Assembly: GCF_018350175.1 (NCBI RefSeq)
Contig: NC_058382.1
Coordinates: 54,128,001-54,192,000 of the forward strand
Length of the DNA stretch: 64,000 nt
Source of the DNA: Felis catus
Lineage: Eukaryota
Direction: 5' to 3'
Shown: piece by piece, positions 53,292 through 64,000 of the stretch
Layout of the letters: every line of letters starts with the position of its first letter
How positions within the stretch are numbered: the first letter of the stretch is position 1
Program-made: the position numbers and the translations under genes
The notes under the pieces: model-generated
What the model saw: the letters and a program-made list of their open reading frames with translations, nothing else
What the model was told of the DNA's origin: nothing
Databases searched by the model: none

Positions 53292-53616
53292 GAACTAGAA
53301 TATGGATTATACCACAAATGCCCTAGACCCTGTGCCAGATTTCACCCCACTGAATCGTCTCCCCCAATTCTGCAAGGCGGGGTGGGGGGGGGGGTTATCA
53401 TCTCCCTTCTGCAGATGCAAAAAGTGAGCCACAGACAAACTAGATGATTGGTATGTAGGTCGTCTGACTTCAAAGCCCTGCCATCTCCACCAGCATAGCT
53501 TTCTTGAGTATATTTAGACAAGGATGTAACCTTCCACGAGGGTAACTGAGGTTGGGGGCGGGCAAGGCACGAAGAAAAGGGGTGGAGGAGGAGCTAGCGG
53601 AGAGAGCGCAAATGAC

Positions 53617-53810
53617 TTTTTTTTATATATATATTTTTTTCAACGTTTATTTATTTTTTGGGGGACAGAGAGAGACAGAGCATGAATGGGGGAGGGGCAG
53701 AGAGAGAGGGAGACACAGAATCGGAAACAGGCTCCAGGCTCCGAGCCATCAGCCCAGAGCGTGACGCGGGGCTCGAACTCATGGACCGCGAGATCGTGAC
53801 CAGGCGTCCC
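53617..53810 (-). mobile_element. SINEC_Fc with internal ~36-bp deletion in the tRNA-derived head
   Basis: Nearly identical to the 37671 copy but reads gagatcgtgac|caggcgtccc. Confidence 0.9.
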
Positions 53811-55409
53811 GAGAGTGGAATTAACAGGCATTGCAGCTGATTGTAACTCGATCTTGGGGGACAGGGAGCCCCCCTTTGCTATGACGATTCCACACTTCCT
53901 ACCTCTCACATGAGACTTTGAGCCCTTTCAAGTGAGTATCAAAATCTTAATTGACCTTTGTAGTGCCACTCTCTGGCACATGGAAGGGACTCAACAAATG
54001 TCTGCCGAATGAATAAATTCAGGGATCGGGCCCCTGCGTGAATGAAACACTACACAAGTCAGAAACTGTATTTGCCTACAAGGAAAAGAAGTTGATTTCA
54101 GGATGTAAATGGGTAAGAAGTCTGAAGGTGAGCAGACATGACATCTATGTCACGATGCCACAAATGTGCTGCTTTCGTTCTTAGTGTCTTTCTCACGCAC
54201 CTTCGTGGTCTCAGGATGGCTGCCGTGCCTCCAGACATCATGCTCCCATCCACAGGAAGCAGAGGGGAGTGACCGGTGGTCTTCTCCGAGCCAGGCTTCA
54301 GTTGAGAGCAGAAGCCTCTTCCAGGAACTTTTGTCTGAGATTCCCTATCTACAAGAGGTGCTGGATATTTAAACGGGGGAGAAGAGAGTTAAATAAATAG
54401 AGGATTAGAGCCAGATACAGTTTCGGCAGGGGATGGGGGGGACCTGTCTCCTTTCTGATTCTTTTCAACAGAACTGCGAATGTATTTGGAATTCAACCAT
54501 CGTTCGTATCATTCTCAAAGTGGTAACTTCTCATAGAGAATGGCAGAGGCCCGCACAGGAGGAAACCACGGCCCGGGGCAGATTAAGTTGCCTGAAGTTA
54601 CACAGTCGGGGCTCAAAACCAACTCCAGGGGACTGAGAAGCTCACTCAAGGTCTTTCTGTCCCCTCCCTGGGGCCAGGCCCAGGGAGAGGGTGGCCGGGG
54701 AGGGAGACAGAAGCAGGCCCTCATTCCTTGGTTGGCTCGTCCTCCGGGCTCTGTCCTGTGAGATCCGTGCGGACGCTTTCTCGGGGGCCAGGCCAAGCCA
54801 GGCCTTGCTGGCATCGCGCACCGTCCGGCAGAGAAGTCTTACATCAAACAAATTAAAGGCCTCTCGGCCTCGCACTCCGCTCCTGCCTCCTAGCCAGAGA
54901 TGGAGGGATGTTGCTGGGGCCACCGGGACTCATCACCAGGGGGCGGAAGCCCTGAATCCTGCAGCAGATTCAACAGGGGGGTAGCCTGTGCTCTCGGGGA
55001 ACGTGGTCTTGACCGAGCCGAGCCCGAGCCTGAGTTACGAGGACTCTCGGGGCCTTCCCCTTCCCCTGGACGCCCCTGCCATGGTGGCTCGGCCATGGAC
55101 TTGGCCCCGCCCCCAGCCTTCCCCCGAACTCACAACACCGCTATGTAAGTAAAGAAGCGTAAGGCGCTCAGAGAGTGGGGGGCTGCCCTCTCCTGCGACT
55201 CCTTCCCGGACCCAGCATCAGCAAGACAGGGGGCGGAGGGCGAACTCGAGAGTACCACTTCCAACCTTGTCTCAGCTGTGACCAGACACGAGTACAGCCC
55301 GGCACACCCATCTACAGATGCGCATACAAAACAGAAACCCCTCTGCGCGAAGTGTCCTTGCTTAACAACTTGTAGTACCCTGTGCTGTATTTTATTCTAT
55401 CCTGTTTTC

Positions 55410-55562
55410 CCTCTTCTTTTCTTTCCTTTTCTTTTCTTTTCTTTTCTTTTCTTTTCTTTTCTTTTCTTTTCTGTTCTGTTCTGTTCTTTTCTTTTCTTTC
55501 TTTTCTTTTCTTTTCTTTTCTTTTCTTTTCTTTTCTTTTCTTTTCTTTTTTTTTTCTTTTTT
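55410..55562. repeat. (TTTTC)n pentanucleotide repeat
   Basis: Seen directly. Confidence 0.97.
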
Positions 55563-57585
55563 GCAAATGTTGGTTCTGACCCGCAGAAATGATGTCAAGA
55601 ATCCACGAGGGGAAAATCTGCAGTTAGAATTTCGGTGGCTTAGTACATGGGCTTCGCAGGACAATTGAACTGGCTTTGAACTTGCTGGCGTGTGAAGCCA
55701 GCCAAGTGACTTAGCCTCTGGCATCCGGCCACTTTTCTTAACCGCTAGCGCCAGAATCCAAGTTCCTGGCCTTCCTGCTGGACCACAGCACGGCCTCCTG
55801 ATGGGTCTTCCTAAAATGCACCCTAAACACCTCACACATTCCAAGTGCAGCCTGCGGCCTAGTCGTCAGTGTGGGCGTGCCAGCCCTTGATCAATGCCGG
55901 GATGCTTTCCCTTTGATCTCTCAGTAAAGACAAAGCTCCTACCTTGGCTGACAAGCCAACATGGCCTGAGTGGTTTGGCTCCTGCTCACCTGTCCCATCC
56001 CCCATCTCCCCCACCTTAACCCTACCCCTCCCCTCCCCTCCCCTCCCTCCCCCTCCTCACCTCCCCCTGCAACTGGTTCTCTGGCTCCAGGCACACCGAT
56101 TCCTCCTGAGGGCCTTGTCAATGTCCTCACTACACTGCCTCTTGCCACAGTGCCTTTGCATATGCTTTTTCCTCACCTCTTTACCTGGCTCACTCCTATC
56201 TCTCTGTCCTTCAGGTCTCAACTCGAAGTCACTTCCTCTGAGAAGCCTTCCCTGACTCCCTAACCAAGTCAAACCCTCCAGATATCCCCTCTGGACTCCA
56301 CCCCCCGTCCCATAGCAGTTACCAGGGTTGCAGCTTTATACTATTTAGAGAGACATTGGGTTAATCCACTGGACCCCTAGATCAGACTTCTCAGTCCCAT
56401 TGGGCATTAGAATCAACTAGAGACATTTCACACAGTGCAGAAGCCTGACCCCGCCCCCCCACACCAATTTGACTATAACACCACCCCCCACCCCTATGCA
56501 ATGCAGTCAGTCTGGGGCATGACTGGACATCTGCTCTTTCCACCAGGAAAGAGAACCACTGAGCCTGACCTTCAGCATGATGGCCGAAAAGAGGTCAGCC
56601 TTCCGCCCCACACTGTATGCCCCAGCGTGTGGCTCTGCTTCTGTGTTTGTGGAAGCAAGGGAGGGAGAGAAGAGGAGATAGGGGAAGGAAGGGTGAAGGG
56701 AAGGGCATTTGAAGGGAGAAGAAAAAGGGGAGAGGGAAGGACAGGCAGCCTCCTTAAGGAGGATGCAGTTCCGGCACAAAGAAGCTATGGCTTTGCTTTT
56801 CTTGGTCCCAGCCCCTGGAAGATTCCAAGGGCCTGCTGAGGAACCGGGCACAGGAGGACCTGTGCTCACTGGCCCTGGGGACTCCCCAGAGCAGAACAGA
56901 TGTCCCCACAGGTGGTGTGGACAATGCAGGTCATGGGGGGTGGGGACAGAGCTTGGAACAGCTGTAGGAGGGGACAGGATTTTGCCCTCGTCCCCCCGAG
57001 CTCACAATGGGCATAGCAGCCCTGACTCCGTGTCAGGTCCCACTCTGAGCCCATCTGGCAGGCGGGGCAGGAGAACTGGGGACAGAGCTAGTCACTTGGC
57101 TGGCTAGCGGTGCTGGGAACAGAGCACTCCCATGATAGTTCATGTCCCCCGAGGCTTGCAGTGTGGTAGGGAAGAAACCTCGCCAAAAATGTAAGATAAC
57201 CAATGAATTAAAGCATTACAGGCGTGCGAAATGCTGCTGAGGGAGGACTAAGGAGCCCAGGCCGGGGAGCCACTCAGTCCTGGGCCTGCGACACACCCTC
57301 CAGCTCGGCCAGGTGGACCCCCTTCCCGTAAAATGGAGGTACTATGCCCTCAACTAGCTGTTTGTGGTGCCGAAATGGGACAAGGTGTCTGAAGCACTTA
57401 GCACTCTGCCTGGTCTGGAGTGAGCACCCCATTGGGGTGAGATAGCCTCTCTCTCTATTCCCAAGGGAGATGTGGCAAGTAAGGCCTAGAGAACTGGAGG
57501 TGCGTGGGCATCAGGGCGTCGTGGGCGGCTCTGTGTTTGGGAGCATCGCTCTTTGGCTGGTTCCTCCTCCTCTACTGCATCTTTA

Positions 57586-57775
57586 TTTTTTTTAAGTTTA
57601 TTTGTTTATTTTGACAGAGTAGGACGAGGGGCAAAGGGAGAGAGAGAATCCCAAGCAGGGTGCATGCTATCAGCACAGAGCCCAACACGGGGCTCAAACC
57701 CACAAACCGTGAGATCATGACCTGAGCCGAAACCAAGAGTCTGACACTTAACCAACTGAGCTACCCAGGAACCCC
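57586..57775 (-). mobile_element. Can-SINE
   Basis: TSD ctctactgcatcttta on both sides. Confidence 0.92.
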
Positions 57776-58198
57776 CTCTACTGCATCTTTAAAAGCCCAT
57801 TACCTTCTGCTCCTCTTGAGACTTTTTGTATGGGGGGGTCTCATCCTATCCCATGGTTAAATTCTATTTATAGGCTGGTGGCTCCCACATTTATATCACC
57901 ACCCTGGCCTCCACCCTCAAAGGCTCATCCATACTCCTACTACTTGATATTTCTGTTCGACTGTCTAGTGGGCATCTCAACACAAGGACGGCCAAGAGAA
58001 CCTCTCGGTCAGTCCCCACACCAAGGCTGCTGCCTTCACATCTCGGGAAAGGAGCCTCCTTGATGCCTTGCTTTTCTTCACAGCCCACACCCCATCCATC
58101 GACAAGCTCTGTCAGTTCTTCCTTGGAAAGAACCCCCAATCTGCTCGCTTCTTTTCACCCTACCAGTACCACCCCAGGCTCCATCATGGCTCACTTCC

Positions 58199-58652
58199 TG
58201 TGGTCAGCAGAATAACGGCCCCCAGAGATGCCCGCGTCCAAACTCCTAAAGCCTGTGAATGTGTCACCTGATATGGCCGAAGGGACTCTGCAGATATGAT
58301 GCCGTTAGGGATCTTGGGACGGGGGTAGACAGCCCTGGGTTGTTTGGGTGGGTCGCACATCATCAGGAGAATCCTTAGAAGAGGGAGGTGTGAGGGTCAG
58401 AGTCAGAGAGGCAGATGTCTGGGGAGAGATTTGAAGATGCTACAGTACCAGATTTCAAGATGCCAAAGGGGCCCCAAGCCAGCAAATTCAGGCGGCTTCC
58501 AGAAGCGGGGAAAGAAAGGCATGGGGCAGGTTCTTCTCAAAAGCCTCCAGAGAAACTAGCCTTGACTTTAGTCAGCGCGACTCACTTGGGACTTCTACCC
58601 TCCAGACAGCGGGATAATAAATTTGCAGTGTTTGTTATAGCAGCAAGAGGAC
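58199..58652 (+). mobile_element. MLT1D-like MaLR solo LTR
   Basis: tgtggtcagcagaataacggccccc...gtttgttatagcagcaa. Confidence 0.85.
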
Positions 58653-58699
58653 CTCGACCCACCTCCCCACCTCCCCACGGCCCCCGGCTAACTGGTCTC

Positions 58700-59385
58700 C
58701 CAGGATCCCTCTGCCTCCTTCAGTCCGTCCTCCACAGCAGGCAGCCTGGGCCTCGACACGCACAGATCAGATCACATCGTCTGGTCCGTAATAACCCCAA
58801 TAGCATCCGCTTTACTTAGACTTGAATTTCACCTTTTTACCGTAGCCCAAGAAGTCCCTCGGTTCCTGGCCCCTGCTGGTCTCTCTGGCCACCTCCCCTT
58901 TCCTGAGACTTCTCCAGACTCTACTTTGCTCTGGGCACCTTTCTGTTCCTTGAGTCATTCAACCTTGCTGCCACCTCAAGGCATTTGCTGTGCTGTTTCT
59001 TTTCCAAGAATACTTTAGTCATTTTGTCATTAAGGGCTTGCCCTGAGGTCTTCTGTGACCACACCCTCATGTTGAAGAAGCGCTTCTCATCTAAGCAAAT
59101 CTCTGTTCTATTCCCCCATTTTATTTTCCTCCCAGCATTTATCAGTAACTGAAATTATCTTGCTCATTTTTTTCTTTTTTTTTTTTTTTTTTTTTTTGCC
59201 TACAATTGTGTGGTTGCAGGAGGGGACTTGTTTTTCAGTCGCCCTCTACATTCCTGAAATTGTCAGCATCCCGGGAGCTGTTAATTTCCTGATTGTCTCT
59301 CACTGCCCTGGCACTATAGTGATGACTGGGGTAGAGCAATACTCAGTATCTGTCTGTTCTAATGTCTGAATGAATGAATGAATGA
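58700..59385 (+). mobile_element. L2 3' region
   Basis: Pyrimidine-rich L2 body ending in (tgaa)n tail at about 59367-59385. Confidence 0.6.
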
Positions 59386-59759
59386 ACCAATCAGCACCTC
59401 AGTGGTCGGCACAGAGTCGGTGCTCAATAACGGTTCATTTAATATTATCCTTATCATGATGATCACCAGCAGAAAGCTTGTTGCTCGTAAGGGAGCCCCG
59501 CACACGTGTGGCATCCTCATTGACTGCATTAGCCCCCTCTAGGGGGACAGCGAGCTGTGATGGCTTTGGGTTTCAGCACTCCCCAAGAGTCAAGTTGGAA
59601 GCCACAGAGGCCTGAGATGGGGTGCAGAAAGTCTGAGCTGGCAGAGACCCAATCTGGTGGCCAGATGTGAGGGCAGAAACTTCCTTGGGAGGGCGGGGAA
59701 CACTTGCGTTATCACAAGAGCTAAGTCAGAGAAGCAACAAATGCCCACTCTCAGCACAT

Positions 59760-59798
<39 letters not shown>

Positions 59799-60269
59799 TG
59801 CCCCCACCAGGGCCCTGCCAGGCAGATCCATCAAATGAGGAACGCCTCTGCAGGGTGGATTCGTATGCGCCTCCCCAGGCGCCGTCTGGAGCGACCCTCC
59901 CATCATTAATACCCCACGCTGCAGAACACATGCTTTTTATTGGGATGAGTGTAAATAAACAGCAACAGAAGCCTTGAAAGAAATGACCCCCAGAGGAAAC
60001 CTGATCCTCAGGCAATTAGAGCACTTCTGTTCAGATAATTGCCAGCTGAAACCGTGAGCCGGGTGCCAATTCTCAAAAGACGCCAGCCCGGGCCACCCCA
60101 GGCTGGTCACAGCTCCCGGCCCGGTCGCTCACTGGGAGATGGGGCTAGAGCTGGGGTCCCCGCCCTGGTCTGCTGCTTGGGGAAGGGGCACAGAGTTCCA
60201 GCATGAAGGGCACCTGTGCCATTTTCAGTGAATCAGAATGAGTGTGACTCGGGCACAGGTTCCCACCTA

Positions 60270-60412
60270 GAGGATGTGGAGGGGGCGCTTTCCCGCCCAG
60301 GAAAAGTTAGCAAAGTCTGGAGACATTTTTGATGTCCTGCAATGCACAGAACAGCCGCAAAGAACTCTCTGCCCAGAATGCCAACAGTCCCAAGGCGGAC
60401 AGGCTCTGGGCT
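60270..60412 (+). mobile_element. MER20-like fragment
   Basis: gcaaagtctggagacatttttgatgtc...gcccagaatgccaacagt. Confidence 0.65.
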
Positions 60413-61616
60413 GGGGCGAGGGGAAACTTGCAAGGGCAGAAGTTTCTGATGTGCCCCAGACACCCAATGTGGGCCAAACGCTGTGTCACACACAGACCTT
60501 GAGGAGCGAATCCTACAAACATCATGGTGAGGTTTAATTACCATCCTTGTCTCACAGAGAGGGAAATTAAAACTTAAAGTGGCTTTTAAAAGTTTTTCGG
60601 CAACTTGCCCAAGATCTCCGTGCTGGTCAACAGAGCCAGGCTTCCAGGCTTAACTGATACCACAAAGCCTGAGCTTTTGCCCCCAAGCTGGACCATCGTC
60701 ACAGTCATAAAACCCTACCCTGCTCCAGACCCTCTCACATAAGCAGCCTCCGAGCCTCACAGGAAGTGTGGGAACAGCAGGACCTCCGGCCTCCTATACA
60801 CCTGAATTCCATTGCCTCCTCTGCCATTTAACCTGCCAGGCAACCTTGGGTGTGTGAGTTACACTTTCTGGGCCTCCGTTTCCTCCTCTGTAAAATGGGC
60901 TGACAGTGTGGCTCACCAGAGGGTTTTTACGACAGTGTATTTACATGCCTTTGAACCTTTGAGCAAGGACCTCAACAAACAGTACCTCTGATTGCGACTG
61001 CTCCTTATCGACGTTGCAATTCAGAACCGAGGAGGTACCGATTTTCATTAGAGAAGTGGGGGCGGTGTGGGGCCAGCAGGGTGAGCTGAGGGTGGAGGGT
61101 AGGAAGGGGAAGGCCTGACCAGGTGGAGGGAGCCCATTGCTATGACTGCCAGGGGTCTTGCCCCTAACTCTCCTCTCACTCCTTCCTTTGGAGAAAGTGC
61201 TGTGTTTTGTGTACTGGCGAAGGTACAATTGATTCTCTGACTCAACAAATACCCAGACCTATAAAAATAGTTGTAAGAAAATGAACAGGACTAACGAGGT
61301 AGAGAGAGGCAGGCTGAAGTCAGGGGGGGGGGGGGTAGGGTGGAGATTCTGTGCAGCTTACACGGCCACCTGGCTCTAACCCCCACCCACCCCAGTCTTC
61401 TCTCCAGTGCAGGGCAAGAGAACTAACACTTCTTCACAACCTGCTCTGTGCAAGCTCATCCAATTTTCCCAGAAAATGGGACCTGTGAAGTCGGCAGAGG
61501 CCTAGCATACCCATTTCACAACTGGGAAAATGAGGCCCGGGGAGGTTTATTAATTTGCCCATAGTCACACAGCTGGGAAATGGAGATGTGGGCCCTGACT
61601 CCAATGCTGGCGACTT

Positions 61617-61846
61617 AAAAATATTTTTTAATATTTATTTTTTTATTTTTGAGAAAGTGAGAGAGGGATGGAGACAGGGCACAAGCAGGGGAGGGGCAGA
61701 GAGAGAGGGAGACACAGAATCCAAAGCAGGCTCCAGGCTCCGAGCTGTCAGCACAGAGCCCAACACAGGGCTTGAACCCACAAACCACAAGATCATGAAC
61801 TGAGCTCAAGTCAGACGCTTAACCAACTGAGCCACCCAGGTGCCCC
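61617..61846 (-). mobile_element. Can-SINE inserted in a MIR remnant
   Basis: TSD aatgctggc(g/a)actt. Confidence 0.92.
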
Positions 61847-62061
61847 AATGCTGGCAACTTTAACCACTTCACCTCAAGCCCAGTGAAGTGCTTATGAGAG
61901 ATACTAATAAGACTGATGGGCCCCCTAGAAACTTCTCTCTGGCCCCTCTCTCCATTCCACTGATGTGTTGGCCACAATGAGCACCTTTCCTAAGCCCCAG
62001 ATCAGCCTCCTGGCCTGGAAAGATTCATGCACCCAGAGAGGACTGAAAATCAGGACCTTCT

Positions 62062-62218
62062 AGAATAGTGCCAGTAAAATACCCTGCAACAATACTAATG
62101 TTCTATATCTACACCATCCAACATGGTGGCCACTAGCCACAGGTAACGGTGCATTTGAAATGTGGCTAGTATAACTATGGAACTGAGTTTTCCATTTTAT
62201 TTAATTTTAAATAATTTC
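62062..62218 (+). mobile_element. MER3-like fragment
   Basis: tccaacatggtggccactagccaca...tgaaatgtggctagt. Confidence 0.7.
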
Positions 62219-62452
62219 AGGTATAAGATCCAGTAGGCCTTGACTTCTCTGGGTACAAGGGTAAGAAAATCTCTTGGATGAGCTGAGTTCATAGAGGATT
62301 ACCCCATTTGTGTTTCCAGTCAGTCATAGGTCATTCAGCCAATTCATAGACACAGGCTGAGACCCTACTGTGTTCTGGGCCTGAACTTGCCCTACTCTGG
62401 AGGAGTCTGGGGCTGATAGAAGTAGTTAAAGAACAACAATAATCACGATAGA

Positions 62453-63163
62453 ATGATAGTGATGATGATGAGGGTGGAGCTGATGACAAAGGTGGTAATG
62501 ATGGTGATGATGATGATAGTGATGATGGAGGTGATGGTGATGATGATGATTGTGGTGGTGATGATGATGATGGTGGTGCTGGTGATGGCGGTGGTGATGG
62601 TGGTCATGATGATGATGGTGATGATGATGGTGATGGTGGTGATGATGGTGATGATGATGGTGGTGATGGTGGTCATGATGGTGGTGATAATGGTGATCAT
62701 GATGGTGATGGTGATGATGATGGTGGTGATGATGGTGATGGTGGTGATGGTGGTGATGATGATGATGGTGGTGATGGTGGTCATGATGATGGTGATAATG
62801 GTGATCGTGATGGTGATGGTGATGATGATGGTGGTGATGATGGTGATGGTGGTGATGGTGGTGATGATGATGGTGGTGATGGTGGTCATGATGATGGTGA
62901 TAATGGTGATCATGATGGTGATGGTGATGGTGATGGTGATGACGGTGGTGATGGTGGTGATGACGGTGATATTGGTGGTGGTGATGATGGTGATGATGGT
63001 GATGGTGGTGATGGTGGTGATGGTGGTGATGGTGGTGATGGTAGTGATGATGATGGTGATGATGATGGTGGTGATGGTGATGATGATGATAGTGGTGGTG
63101 ATGGTGGTGATGATGGTGATAGTAATAAGGATGATGGTGGTAATGTTGGGGATGATGATGATG
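62453..63163. repeat. Compound (TGA/TGG)n trinucleotide array, about 710 bp
   Basis: Seen directly; produces the poly-His and poly-Met/Val pseudo-ORFs. Confidence 0.97.
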
Positions 63164-63184
63164 ACAAAAGTAATATACACGAGG

Positions 63185-63610
63185 GGAGAATATGGACTTG
63201 GAGTCACTCTCTGGATTCAAACCCACATTCCACCATTTACGAGACCATGGGTAGGTCATTTCCCTCCTTTAACCCTCAGCTCTCTCTTTGGAAAGATAAG
63301 GTTAAGAAAAGCATGTGTTCCTAAAGTGGCTGAGAGGAGAAATAAAATATGTAATGTGCAGAGCATAGCCTGACACATGGGAAGGAAGGATGGAATAATG
63401 TTAGCTCTTATTATTATTCACTACCATTTATTCGGGGCACACCTCTTCCCAGGCTAGTGTCTTACACGACCCCAGTCTTCGCACAAACTCTGCTCTCATT
63501 CCCATTTGACAGATGAGAAGACGGAGACTCATAAGTTTAGAGGATTTGCCCAGATTCTTAGAGCAAGTGTCAGTGCTGTGATTTGAGCCCCAGTCTACAT
63601 GACTTCAAAA
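63185..63610. mobile_element. Two MIRs, tail-to-tail
   Basis: Plus-strand MIR 63185-63420 and minus-strand cccatttgacagatgagaagacggagactc MIR. Confidence 0.65.
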
Positions 63611-64000
63611 CTGTTCAAGTTGCTTAATTGCCCAGTATGCTACATATTAGAGATGACAGCGGCTCTCAACATGGCATACAGAAAGAGGAAGCATTTTGGT
63701 GCTTACCATGCACCAGCCGTGCAACTTGGACATTTCTCAGATCCTCAGGTACTTCCCCCATGAAACAGGACAATTTCAGTTGCCGGATCTTGTACAGATT
63801 ATGTGGAATCACATGGGTGGGTAAGAAAGACAGTCCATGTGACAAGTGTCACACATGTGACGTCCAGTATCAGCTCCCATCGTCAACTAGCATTAAATCA
63901 TTTAGCACAAGCCTGGCGCGTGGACAGCACTGTATGGATGCTCCCATCGGGATCTCTTCTCCATGCCCCAGCCCCTTTAATGACATGAACCTCCGAACCC

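Noticed and set aside
62426..63373. 254-306 aa poly-His, Ile/Thr and Met/Val ORFs
   Set aside because: They are translations of a (TGA/TGG)n repeat that lacks stops in several frames and run into a MIR; there is no gene context.
1..64000. CRISPR array, operon, defence system or intact autonomous mobile element
   Set aside because: No repeat-spacer array or prokaryote-like gene cluster; all LINE, LTR and DNA elements are fragmentary and non-coding.

Overview
This is mammalian, almost certainly felid (cat-like), gene-poor genomic DNA; the lineage call rests on about 14 carnivore tRNA-derived Can-SINEs, several of the young SINEC_Fc type with target-site duplications (TSDs). It holds one protein-coding gene, DYNLRB2 (dynein light chain roadblock-type 2), on the + strand. 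Four coding exons (30733-30735, 33385-33460, 39154-39321, 40090-40133) with GT-AG introns splice to an intact 96-aa protein: [96 protein letters not shown]. The gene has a CpG-island promoter with an RFX X-box and an AATAAA at 40316. The rest is decayed transposons (L1M, L2, MIR, MaLR/ERVL LTRs, hAT-type MERs), microsatellites, a 33-nt U2 snRNA retrocopy and a ~710-bp (TGA/TGG)n array. Almost all ORFs in the supplied track are spurious. I find no convincing previously undescribed biological system. The best leads are an overlapping RFX/MYB promoter element, an in-frame alternative acceptor at exon 3, an L1 apparently lacking ORF1, nested and serial SINE insertions, and several structure-prone or enhancer-like segments. 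Repeat subfamily names are from memory of consensus sequences and boundaries are approximate.
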